Assembly (NCBI GenBank): GCA_040954595.2
Contig: CM082580.2
Location: forward strand, 6,269,519 to 6,333,518
Origin: Balanoglossus misakiensis
Lineage: Eukaryota > Animalia > Hemichordata
DNA: 64,000 nt
Direction: 5' to 3'
Shown: in pieces, positions 52,121-64,000 of the stretch
Numbering within the stretch: position 1 is the first letter of the stretch
Layout of the letters: each line of letters opens with the position of its first letter
The notes under the pieces: generated by a model
Seen by the model: the letters and a program-made list of their open reading frames with translations, nothing else
Told to the model about the DNA's origin: nothing
Database searches by the model: none
Translations under genes and position numbers: made by a program

Positions 52121-53017
52121 ATGGGTACTGTACTATCCCTTTCACCTAAACCACGCAAGTCAGCGCTACACGAAGACTGCACGGTGAGCATGGCCAATCT
52201 TAACGCTCTCTACAACTGCAAAAACAACAATGTGACGACCACCAAACCGTTAGACAAGCCGATGAGGAAACATTCGGCGATGTTTATTAGCGCGCTGAGT
52301 TGGAAAATGTTCAGCGCTTCGAGCAAGAAGAACAAGCCGAACAACAACAACAACAACGTACTGCGGACCAAAAACACCAACATCATCGAGCAGCAGAATA
52401 ACTACAACAACGCCACGAGTAACGGAGTTATCTCCAGTATCAAGAAGTCGTACTCTTGTTTCAACCTGAACTCGCACTGCGAGAAATCTTCCAAAGCCAA
52501 CAACAATATCATCAAGAAATCCCAGAGCGGCAGCGCGGTGAAAACGCCGAACACCAAGAAAACCATCCAAGCGTCCACCGGAGAACTGCTGAAGTGTCTG
52601 GGAAATTTCCTCAGTCGGCGATGCTCCTGCTTGCGGGACTTCGAAGGCAACGATGCCATAATGTGGCTGCGATCAGTGGACAGGTCCCTGCTCTTGCAAG
52701 GGTGGCAGGACATTGCCTTCATCACCCCGGCAAACCTTGTCTTCGTGTACATGTTATGTCGGGACTTGGTCGACGACAAAATCACCTCCGAGTCTGAGCT
52801 ACAAGCCGTCGTGCTCACATGTCTGTACTTATCCTATAGTTACATGGGCAACGAGATCAGTTATCCGCTAAAACCGTTCCTAGTCGAAGACGACAAAGAC
52901 AGATTCTGGGACAGAAGCCTAAGAATTATAAATGACTGTAGTGCCAATATGTTACGGATAAACAAGGAGAGTACGTATTTTTCAGAAGTTTTTGCCGAAC
53001 TGAAATCGTATTCATAA
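52121..53017 (+). CDS. CDK5R1: Cyclin-dependent kinase 5 activator (p35/p39 family), 298 aa, single coding exon
   Basis: Starts MGTVLSLSP (myristoylated p35 N-terminus). Activator domain [12 protein letters not shown]...[16 protein letters not shown]...[31 protein letters not shown]...FWDR. Asn-rich linker; ends TAA TGA. Confidence 0.96.
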   Translation: MGTVLSLSPKPRKSALHEDCTVSMANLNALYNCKNNNVTTTKPLDKPMRKHSAMFISALSWKMFSASSKKNKPNNNNNNVLRTKNTNIIEQQNNYNNATSNGVISSIKKSYSCFNLNSHCEKSSKANNNIIKKSQSGSAVKTPNTKKTIQASTGELLKCLGNFLSRRCSCLRDFEGNDAIMWLRSVDRSLLLQGWQDIAFITPANLVFVYMLCRDLVDDKITSESELQAVVLTCLYLSYSYMGNEISYPLKPFLVEDDKDRFWDRSLRIINDCSANMLRINKESTYFSEVFAELKSYS

Positions 53018-56000
53018 TGACAGCCAAGACTCGTAGTTAATACACAGAATAGTATGAGAAAAAAAATCACACCGTCTTGAAGGGAAAATTCCGCACCCGA
53101 CCGAACGCTGCACCAAATGATCGCGCCATCGGAAGCGTTTCCGCTACGGATGAACCGCGACGATGTTTAAACAATCAAAACGAGACTGGAGGTGGAAGAG
53201 ACAGAGCTTTTATGTCGTGTTGGAGTATTCAGACTTGAAACTGACTAGAGAAACTGACATCAAAAGCGCTGTTCACGTTCTAGTGTTGACTTTCCACTTT
53301 CGATGACGACGACGCGCGTTGCCACCCAATATGGCGCGCATTTGTGAGCAGATACATTTCCCTGATAGATTAAATTTCGCTCGTCCATGGCAAGAGACTA
53401 TATTTCCCCATCGACGGGAGAAGAACTACGTTGTGGTATTTACGTTACATGGAAAAGACAATCAAAATCACGCTGTATAGACATTATTTATTATATCTGA
53501 GATTCAGTGACAAGAATTCATGAATTTTTGTACAGAATTTATATTTTTGTTACGTGTTAAACCATTTTGTTGTCATTATATATATATTGAAAGCTTATTC
53601 ACTTTTATTTAAGATATTTCAAATATGTTGAACTTTTATGCGCGAGACGGGCAGCTTTCTCAAAACAAGCATTCCGTTTTAAATAATCGTTATCCCAAAT
53701 TTTATTCGGGAATTTAATGCGTGTGATTTCCTGCCATACATACTGGCCGTGATCGTGTGCGTCACTTGTCTGGAGAGGGTGAGGCGGTAACGTCACGATT
53801 GTAAATACAATGTACTCATGCCTTGAGAATTCATCACGTCTGCCACACGACCACATCGCTTCTCCATGTTATAATTTTTCGCGACAATTCTTGCCCATTT
53901 TCATGTCTACTCGGGGGAAAAAACCAAGATAGATAGAACACGAAATATCTGAAGGAGGAACCGGAGTTTCCCCGGGCACGTATCATACATGGCAGCAAGC
54001 CAAGTCTGTATCTTCTGCGGTGTGGAGAAGAAGGGGGGCTGCGATGGGTATTTTTTCTTGGCAATGAAGGCCTGCGCCTTCGCCATAAGCGCACAGATCA
54101 CAGTCGTGTTGATGAAATATCACAGTTAATTAATGTACATTTTCATAGTTTTCATGCCATCCCAGTTCCTACGTTACATGTGTCTACTGCCATTGCATTT
54201 TTGTTTATTTTCAGTTCATAATTTTTCAGTTTTCGAAAAAAATGTGCAATGTTTAAACAAGAAAAGGATGTAATATTTAAGAAAAAAATCTATATGTGTC
54301 CGTTTCTACCATTGATTTACATGAATACATTTACCACTTAGTAACTAATTGATTTTTGTTAATTGCCCAGATATGCTAATTATCACTAGGTGAAAGGTCA
54401 GCCTGGGCATATCTTCTGGCTACAATGTATCAATACTGTCACCATCACACTGTTCCCATACAATGTAATTGCAGAACCATTGAACTCGTGATCTGTTTAT
54501 ACAACTGTCAGTTTTGTAACTTTGTCTTGTTTACATATGACTCTACTTAATTTTTTTCGGTACCGAAGACGAGAATGAAGCGAAAGTGGAATATGAATAA
54601 ATTTGCTGGCTGTCGAGCGAGCATGATATCAATGTCAAAGATATGACGTGCTTCTTTGTAATTCTGTCATTCATCGCGACATAATGAACCCTTTTTTCAG
54701 CGAGAGGATGCAGGCCTGTTTTATTATACCCAGCTTTGTTGATGATCCCACATAATATCCAACAATTCTTTGAAAAATGAAACCATTTTGATTTCTGGGT
54801 GTGCTCGGACACGTCGCAATTATCATTTCAAAGACATGTTTATATACAGCACAATTATTTTCATTGTTAAAGCATTTAGTGATTTATCGTTTATTCAAAT
54901 CAAATTTGCACATGCCATCCTTATCCAGGACAGACAAGAAGCCCTAGATTTATTTCCCCCTGTACCCATATAAGTTTAGAGATCTGCCTCTCCACAATAA
55001 AGAGTGTATTGAAAAACGTGCTGTTTCACACATCCTGTGGCAAGAGGCCATAATAGCAGTTGGGCTATATATAGCAGCTATACCTTCAACATGGACAAAT
55101 ATAACTACCTACTCTAAACCTCCCAATCATGTAGTTGTATCAAGTTTCGAGATTGCCATCTTTACAGTAGTTGAGAGATAGACAGCCTTCAGAAATCCTT
55201 ATAAACATGCCCACCTGAGCCCTACTTAAAGCACACATCAACACGCTTCCGAACAAATTTTGTGTTGGCAGTACACTATAAATATTTAGGCATAGAAGGA
55301 CGTAGATATTTATATGGAGAAATCACAAGGTCTTTTTGGCTTCTTTAAATAATACAATTTGAATAAATTGGGGGTAAATATTTAAATAAATTTGGGGAAA
55401 ATTTGCTGAAATAATATTTATCATTTGATATCCTCGAGAAATAGCCTTGTTGAATACCTCATGGCTGTTGTGCCACGCCCCTTTGGAAATGACTTTGACA
55501 TAGATCCGAATAGCAGATGAATTGCTGTCACATGACCGGTCGGAGTTCTCGGCAAGTAGGAGAGGTCATGACCTCTGTAAATTTGCAAGTCACAGCTTTA
55601 GGGTTCTCAGGGTATGCATGTGTGGTGAAACAATTAAAAAAAATATTGATTAGTATAGGATGTGTGAATTGTTCGTAAATAACAGTTTCTCAATCTGTTG
55701 TTTTCCATTGAGATTTTTTTTCAATTAAATACAATTAAATAAATCTGATAAGTGGGGGCTTTAAAAATAGGTCTTAGAATTTTAAGTTATAAGTCCTAAT
55801 GTTTCAAAAATTATATTTATTTAATATTCGAACTACAACCCTGAAATCCTGTGAACATAGTGTATGTGTGGCAGAGTTGTGCAGCTTTGGGCAATTATGA
55901 ACAATATCATAATCTGTTATGAAGAGGGCAAACCACAAAAATGGAAATTGAGAGAGCTTTTGTTGCTAATTCCAACAGGGACTTAAATCTGTCATGAATG

Positions 56001-59000
56001 AAGTTTGCATTAGTGAAAATTTGGATATTTTGGGGGGGATGGGGGTGTATAGCCATGTTCTGATTATTGACGACAGTAATTTCAACATGCACTGTGTTTT
56101 AAATTACCTGCTAATTCTCTTTGAGGGCATGACATTGTTTTCAGATAGATCAGATAACGCTGTACCTAAGAACCCATTACGGGGAACAACACATTCCCTT
56201 TCAAAGATAGCTGATGCATGCAATGATAGTGTCATTGTAAACACTGCAGATACCATCTAAATGACCTGCAGGGTGATTTTGTCAGAAAACAACAGATAAC
56301 ATCATACGAGAAAATGGAATTGCGGATGTTGTGCAAATGGTTTCAATTGGGTTTCCTTGTTCCTGATAAGATCAACAGTCTGCAGATTTTCACAGATGTT
56401 TGACAATGATATCTGCAGGGTTATAAATTGGAAAATAGCATGATTCTGATTCTTGAGATTGCGTCTTTTTTCTGTAAAAACAACTACATGTTTTACATTG
56501 TCCCTGAACTCATAAATCATCAGGGTCATCTGTGGAAATATTTCCACAAAAAATACAAAAATTGACATCTTTTTTAATATAATATCTTCAGGGACGTCTC
56601 TTTTGGCCATTATGTTTTGGTTCCCGTATCAAAAGTATACAATCACCCATAATTTACATTTGCACATATATAGTAAAAGTGTCCATTTGCATATTTAAGG
56701 ATTATTTGCATACTTTTTTAAGATACATAAAGGAAGAGGAAAACCTTTATGTAAATTCACTGCCAGTACAAAGGAAGAAAATAAAAACAATATTTAACTC
56801 TTTCATCCTCACTTCCCTCTTTAGAGGTCCAACCCACCATAGAAAGCAAATGATTTGAACTGAACTATGGTGGTGAAATTATTAGGGTTGAACTGGATGC
56901 TGCACTTCTCATTTGGATTAATACGATAAGAGATAAAAAACAAAATTGATGCTTTATAAGATATATTTGCCACAAGATGAACTAGTGCACAATATGTCAC
57001 TTTTATACAAAAACTTGACACAGGAAAAATTCTCTTCCCTAATTGTCATTTCTCAGTTTAGCATTTGTCAGTTTTTCGTTTTTATTTTCAATAAACTCGC
57101 ATGTGCACTCATGACAATCATAAAATTTTTATGTATGAATACGAAGGTTGGCCTATTTTTCGTCTGTAGTACGTTGACATCATTCTTTCAAGTCAAAAAA
57201 CAGGATCATGTTTGTCACTATGTCAACCACACTTTATGCTGTGAAGGGAAATACAGTATTGTTGGTCGTGTAGTATTATCACACAATTTTCAAAAAGTGC
57301 CTGAATTCATCAGAAATACAGACAATGCAGCCTATACTTATTCTTCAGATGATTCTCCCAGGTCAAACATGGCACAGAAAAAAAACCCATTCAAGTTTCT
57401 ACAATCACGGAATACCGAATGAAGCAAATGACGTCATTGCTCCAATCCAGCCTCATAACGGTTGCTGAGCAACCATGGCCCGATAATTGATGAGCTGCTG
57501 AGGATGGTTGGTTGATTTGCAGCAAGATTGTCACGGCAAGACGTCTTGTCACATTACAAGATTGTCTAATTTGCATCTCAGGAGGAGTTGTCTCCCCATT
57601 TACCGACAACTCAAGCATTTTTTTTCACTCACAAGAAGGGAGGCCACTTATTTCCCTATTTTTCACAAACCAAAACCGAGTATTTTGACTTTTTATTTTT
57701 TCACTGAAGAGATCCTTATACTCGAAATTGATTTTACTTTGTTCCCACAAGATGGGAGTGTATTTGATATGAATAGCCTGTGAGAAGGAGACATGATGCT
57801 GAGAAATATTCTTTTTCAATTTAAGTAAAAACAACACAAGATGACAAAACAAGTTGACAAAACATTAGATTTGTTTTTGCTGATAACATGTAAACTAGAA
57901 TTTGATGCGTACGTGACTTTGGAGGTGGAATACTGTCTTCCCGGAAGAACTGACAGTACATTGTATTCCCAACATTCCTATCCCACCATTTCTAGGCGTG
58001 TTATTGGAGTCTGCCCACTGTGGAAACCTTAATTCCTTTCCCCACCAACTGCACCCACACACTGATTGTCGCATTCAAAGAAGACCATTTTTTCCACCAA
58101 TGGCTTCTATGGCTACACACTGGAAGTCCCAAGAAGATGTTGACATATAAAGCATGACGTGAGCTATACTTGTGAAATATCAGAATATTCTCTGAATATT
58201 ACAATGCATGTTTCCTGCAAAGAGGTACAAGAATATGATCAAGAACATCAAAAATGATTTCCTTGAGATTACATTCTTGATTTGTAGTCGGACCAGTTGC
58301 CCGGGAAACCGCAACACCCTTGCAGCGAACAGATATCTGATGCAAGATCAGTTGTCATTGTTTCCATGGCAATTGATGATCGATTCACGGCTGTGTCTGT
58401 TCTCTGAGAGACTCTATCACCTCTGCCGGCAACCCCACAGATGTTCATCCTCTCGGGGTGCTGAGTATTAATTAATGACACGTTTAAATTTGACATGAAG
58501 TGCTGTTTGCTCCAGCTCAAGCGTTGAATTATAAATGGCTTAACTTTTAAGATTTGCCTGTTCTCGACCTGCTACCTGTCTCACAATCTCTGCCTGCTGT
58601 CCCCTGGGTGATTTTGGTTGTCATGGTAACACATTCAGCCACTTGAGAAATTGAGCCCACATTTTAATCATTTATATGAAGGGGAGTGCTAATGAATATG
58701 TAATTATCATAATAACTGTGGCATGCAATGAACAAATTATAATATTCCTGCAATTTACTCCTTAATTTGGGATGAAATGTGAATATCTTGCAAAAATCAC
58801 CATTTGCTATCTTTTTTTTGAAACGGAGACTGTATTATGCAAAATTTAATGTCTTTTGTGGCAGTAAATTACAGTTTGATCTTTTGGTATTGAGCGCATG
58901 AAAGAGCTAGACTTTTTACAGTGAACGACTGATAAATATGGCTGCTGGCAGATGAGATGTCTGGGTGCCACGTACTTCATGAACTGACGTGAGGTTCTTA

Positions 59001-62000
59001 GAGTCTCACTTCACATGGCTACACCCTTCAATGCGTGCTCACATTTTCACTTTTTGATAGAAACCACTTTGCTCAGCAAAGCTTTTCATTCTGTGTGCCA
59101 GGCACGTTTCTGACGTATGACTCATTCAGATTCAAATAGGGGCTGCAAAAAATTGTCTCCACGCAGCTGTAATGTAGAATAATTAAGGAAAAAGAATACA
59201 CCATATAGATCTATACAAATTTTTTACTTGCTGAAAGTATTGACATATTGACACAGGCTTGCGGTCTTTTTTAAATTTTAATTTTGGAGAACAATGAATT
59301 CTGGTTGATTATCCAGGTGTAATTAAACATTTATATCCAAGCTTCTATCATGATAAAGAAATGACCTACTTTGAAAAATGCAGAAAGATATGTGAATAAA
59401 CTCTAACGTAGAAGAATTTTGATGGTTTTTGTGCAGTTGAAATATTTGACATTTCTAATCGCTCCTGTCAGGTTGAGTATGCTGGAAATTGATGCACCAG
59501 TCAAGGAATGCAGCCTTATTCCATGAAAGAGAGTTGGATTTGAATTTTCGTTTAAATTATTTATGTTCCCGATTTTTTAACAATATCATACTAAAATCTT
59601 GTGACACCTTGCCATCTTGTATTGAGTAGATTATACACTGTGTAATAGGCTGGACAGTTTTATGCCCAATTGCAAATTTTTGCTTTTGCTTTTTAACATT
59701 TTGTTGGAGGCAAACATACACTTAATTCTTTCGTTCAGACCAGGTAAAAAATGTTTCTTTGACAAGAAATGGAAGTTGTTAGGAAATTGCACAATAAATT
59801 CCAATTCACATAATTCCAAATGACTGCAACAGGATAGAAGCGAGCAAAAAAAATCCCACATTTTTTGATAATGACAAAAATTCTCTTGATAATGGAAGCA
59901 ACAAAGAATGATGGCAAAGTTCAAGAATTTAATTTGAAGGCAGGCTATAAAAAGCACAATAACTGACAGAAAATACTGGGACATCATGGAATTTTTTTAG
60001 TTGAAATAAAATTGGATAATCTAGAGTAGCAATTGCAAGGAAGAATATTCTCCCTAGCTCTTTTTAAAAAATTGTTTTTTTTTTAAATACCCAAATATAT
60101 TACTAGAGATTACACACTCTTAGGTAATTGTGTTCATTTTACAGTGAAATTGGCAGAACGAAAATTATTGTTAAGACCTGTGTGAAATAACGACGTGAAG
60201 CAGTGAACTGTCGAAATCACCATCTTGAATTTCCTATCAGTGCCTCATTGTGAATCCAAATTCTTGCATTTTTTTCTCACATTCTCTTAGTGAAAATATC
60301 AATTTTAACACAAAAGTTTGTTAAGTTTGTTTCTCGTGGTAAGGTTTGGTTAGATAGGCAAGCGAGATTCAAACTTGAGATGTAATTTGTCATTTTCAGC
60401 ACGGTGTTGAAATTCCGCCCTGAGAGAATGAAGGTTTTATTTTTATAATAATTCCAAGAAAAAACAAATCAATCAGAGAGTAGTTTCTGTACGCATGGGG
60501 GTCTGGGTAATTAATTGGTCTTCGTAGAGTACACAGAAAAAAAACACCATGGTAGCAGTGTCAGCAACGGATGTGTAATAATTTGTCTGTAACCATGGCA
60601 ACAAAACACAAAGTGGTGGATATACACACTGTCAGCGGGCTTGACACTAATGCAACTGCATGGGTGGGTCTTATTGTGTTGGCGATATGAGACACAAACA
60701 GTGTTCATGACTACAGCTAATTTACAATTATGAATAATGAGGTGTCGCGCACAGACTCAAACAGTCAACACAACTATGTTGTATTGATTATGAATGGATT
60801 TTCTTTGCAAATGTCTGAATTCCTTACATGTGCATGTTATCTCTACTAATTTAGGGTCATTTTTTTTCTGAGGGAAAGTCGGTCAAGGGTATAAGAATCA
60901 CAACCAGTATAAATTCACATCAGGCGAACTCTGTCGTCCTTTTTAACCATTAAAAGTCAGATACCACAGTTGTGTTATAAAAATAAAATTATATTGTCAA
61001 AAATTCAGCAGTCCAGTCAATAAGGGAGCTAATATGTAGTTAGTAAAAATGGCCACCTCCTTTCTCCATCTTTCACAAGTTGACAGTTGCCTTCTTCAGT
61101 GCTTCTTAACACACCTGTCTGAGGTTTCCCTCACCTTTTGAATTTAAAATATTCAACAACTATATAAAAAATTGGTGCATCCATGCAGCTCAATTCACAC
61201 GTACATCAAAATCACAACTTAAAAATATAACCATTCTTTCTGTCTTTTTGATGAAATTCACTACCCGTCTGGAAATATTCTGCAATAAGAAATTTGAAGA
61301 TAAAGTAAAAAAAAACTGAATGCAAATTGTAAGATAAAACACAGTTAAATAGCAGCTGAACTATTCTTAAATAATGAAGCTGTGTTGTTTTAAATCTTAA
61401 GGTACCTTAAAAATATTTTTAATTTGGCATTTGCTGTGGGATGAAAAGTGATACAGTACATTGTCAATAATTATAGAGATTTAAATAGAACAAACCAACA
61501 ACATTTTTTCTTGTTTTTTGACGATTTTATAAGGGAAAATGAGTTGGAAAAATGTCATCTGCAGAATGGAGGATTGACTGACTTGGCACACCTTTCTATC
61601 GTATGCGGCCTCCCTGATTTCCATTCCCGTACAGGTATGGCTCTGCATCTCAATTAAGTTCAGCCTAAAAACACGCTAAGTGTCACAACAGATATTCGTC
61701 TGAAGTGACTTGCGCGAGAAAAACCTCTTGTCAAGCACGGAGTAAAGCCATTCAAAATGTAACACATCCTTGAAAAATTTCGCCACAGGAGAGAGAAAGG
61801 AGCTAAAAATATATTTTGCAAAGTAGTGAGCTGCGCAGTTTTATCTCAACCAAGATCTGATGAGTTCTGTGTCCCGAAGGCTCAACATGGCAAGCCTAAT
61901 CGAAGCATGAACGATCGTACCTAAATCGAGCCTCCCAGTCTATCACAAGAGGCCAAGATTTATCAAGGTTTTTTTTAGAGATCCTTCAGTTTCCTGATAA

Positions 62001-63254
62001 AATGATGCAGAAATTTGAAACAGTGAAGACAAAATGATCATTTTTATATTATTTAGTCTAGTAAAAAAATAAAACAAGGAAAGAGATGTTTCTAGACCTG
62101 TGTTATTTCAAACATCATTTTTATAAAGGATGAATATTGGAGATCAATATTTTACCATTTATTGATGATAGGTTCAGTTTTTTTAATGTTCAGATCAATA
62201 CCTTAGACATAATTGATTATATCACAGACCATACTCATTGATTATCACTGTATGTTTGTGTGTGTATATATATTTTTTTATAAAGAATTTTTTATTGATA
62301 CTCATGCAGTCCTACTATCAAATTTATAACTGAAAGACTATATTTTCTGATGTGATGCTATTATACACAAATTGCTTCTTTAAATCTAATCTTTCTCTAT
62401 GATCCAATCATGCCAGAATTTCGTTTCAATGGGGATGTCATTATATAATGCTTCCAGGAACAGAATTTTCTAATTGCTATAGTTATAAAGAAACTATTAA
62501 AATTAAAATTATATCAGTATTTTTAAATCAAAAATGACATTCTCAATTACAGTTTACTTCGAACAGCTGAGTAAATAATATCCTCTATATTCTTGTTACA
62601 ATATCCTCTCTCTCTATTCCAAGTGATTCTCTCTTCCATTGTAATTTTAAAATCCTTTCCGGAAAGCAACCGAGTTTCAGCTGGTCAAAGGTCAGGGGAT
62701 GGTGAGATTGATTATGTCGTTTTTGCAAAACCAAATTAACGAGATATTTTAATTAAACTTTACCCTTGCATTTTAAGTAATTATCTAAAATGTAAAAATA
62801 GCAATTTTAATCCTGTTATGCAAATGTATCAAATTCCAGTTCCACTTATGTATGTAATTTTGATTAATTTGCTGGCTTTTCTTCTGTCATTGGGCAAATG
62901 ATACTAAACAGAAATACTAACCATTCCATGGGCTTGTCTTGTCATTTAGTGAATTTTAGACCACCACCATGCAAGTGTGTGGGCAAGGAAAGATTTCTTG
63001 CTAGAAATATCTGAGCTTGCAAGGTTATTTTAGCTTTTGTAAAATCTATTTTTTGAAATTTATCCAGAAATATCACGGTGACCATGGAAATGTATATCAT
63101 TAAAAAAATTAACAATTACATTTCCTAAAAATAGTAATTTTGTACAAAAATGCAAGGATATGAATCCTGTAATAATGAATGCGGAAACGCAAGACAAGGC
63201 TCAGCACTGCTGATGGAGAAACCTGAAAATACAGGTTTCTGTTTCTTGTTCTGG

Positions 63255-63567
63255 GCAGCGCCCTCTAGCATTCCTGCTGTGATCCTGGGATGAAGACTTT
63301 GTTGTTATGGTTACGCAGTGTGCAAAAATTGAGGTACTTGTTTCCAGAAGGGAATCTTGGTTTGATAAATTTGGGCGTTGTGGAAACGTGATAAACGATA
63401 AAACAAAATGGTGTTGATGCAACCGACCAGTTTCATTCTGTAGCCAACTAATTTGAAAATTAGGTTGTGCAGAGTCAATTATCTGACAGGTATTAAAACA
63501 TACATACATCTAAGGATAAGATCTCTTGGAAATTTTGATCAAAATTCAATCTTGGTAGAGGGCGCTG
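63255..63567. promoter_or_regulatory. Divergent pair of CTCF-like motifs (12-bp inverted repeat, 300 bp apart)
   Basis: CAGCGCCCTCTA at 63256-63267 and TAGAGGGCGCTG at 63556-63567. Confidence 0.4.
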
Positions 63568-64000
63568 GCACTGTGTATTTGTCATGGATGACCAGCATGG
63601 CAAAATACCAGCATGGTATGCTCACTTGTAATGAGAATGTGGAGGAATGTTTCTTGATTTCTGGTACACTTCAAAAGGTACGTTGTCATCAAAATTTCGT
63701 ATGTTGAGATGCAGAGAACAAAAGTGACAGACAGACAGACGAGGAATCATACTGACTCTAAATATTGGCAATTTATTGTAAATAGTCCTCAGTTAAAAAC
63801 ACTGAGCATAGTAATTATAAACAATGACATATATGCAAATGAAGGTAACATGCATTTATTACATTGACATTTCAAAAAAATATAGATTGTTTATAAAAAA
63901 TTTGTGAACCCTACCTACATTTCGCAGTAAATATTTGAAAAATCAAAAAGAACAGAAATTTGTGACAAGCGTGACGTCATTCACAAAGTGGAGATTTGTA

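Noticed and set aside
53015-53020. Stop-codon readthrough extension of CDK5R1
   Set aside because: Tandem stops TAA TGA.

Overview
Eukaryotic (animal, probably invertebrate; species not determinable from sequence) genomic window with spliceosomal introns. The first 18 kb is a compact housekeeping cluster: a class I ARF GTPase gene (+), MMTAG2/C1orf35 (-) and PSMD11/Rpn6 (+; head-to-head with MMTAG2, one GC-AG intron). A ~34 kb non-coding stretch with several short MITE-like elements and a (TATTG)n microsatellite follows, then a CDK5R1/p35-like gene with an intronless CDS (+, 52121-53017) and ~11 kb of non-coding DNA. The main discovery candidate is the ARF locus. One promoter and one first coding exon (aa 1-50) feed two complete tandem 3' cassettes, each with three exons, a 3'UTR and poly(A) signals. 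This predicts two Arf proteins (180 and 181 aa) from one gene. The cassettes are near-identical except for sharp divergence islands at helix alpha3 and the C-terminus, and there is a candidate long-range RNA pairing that could control the choice. The gene order also joins two adjacencies that are separate in human (ARF1-C1orf35 and PSMD11-CDK5R1). All alignments and counts were done by eye; statements about other genomes are recalled and need checking.
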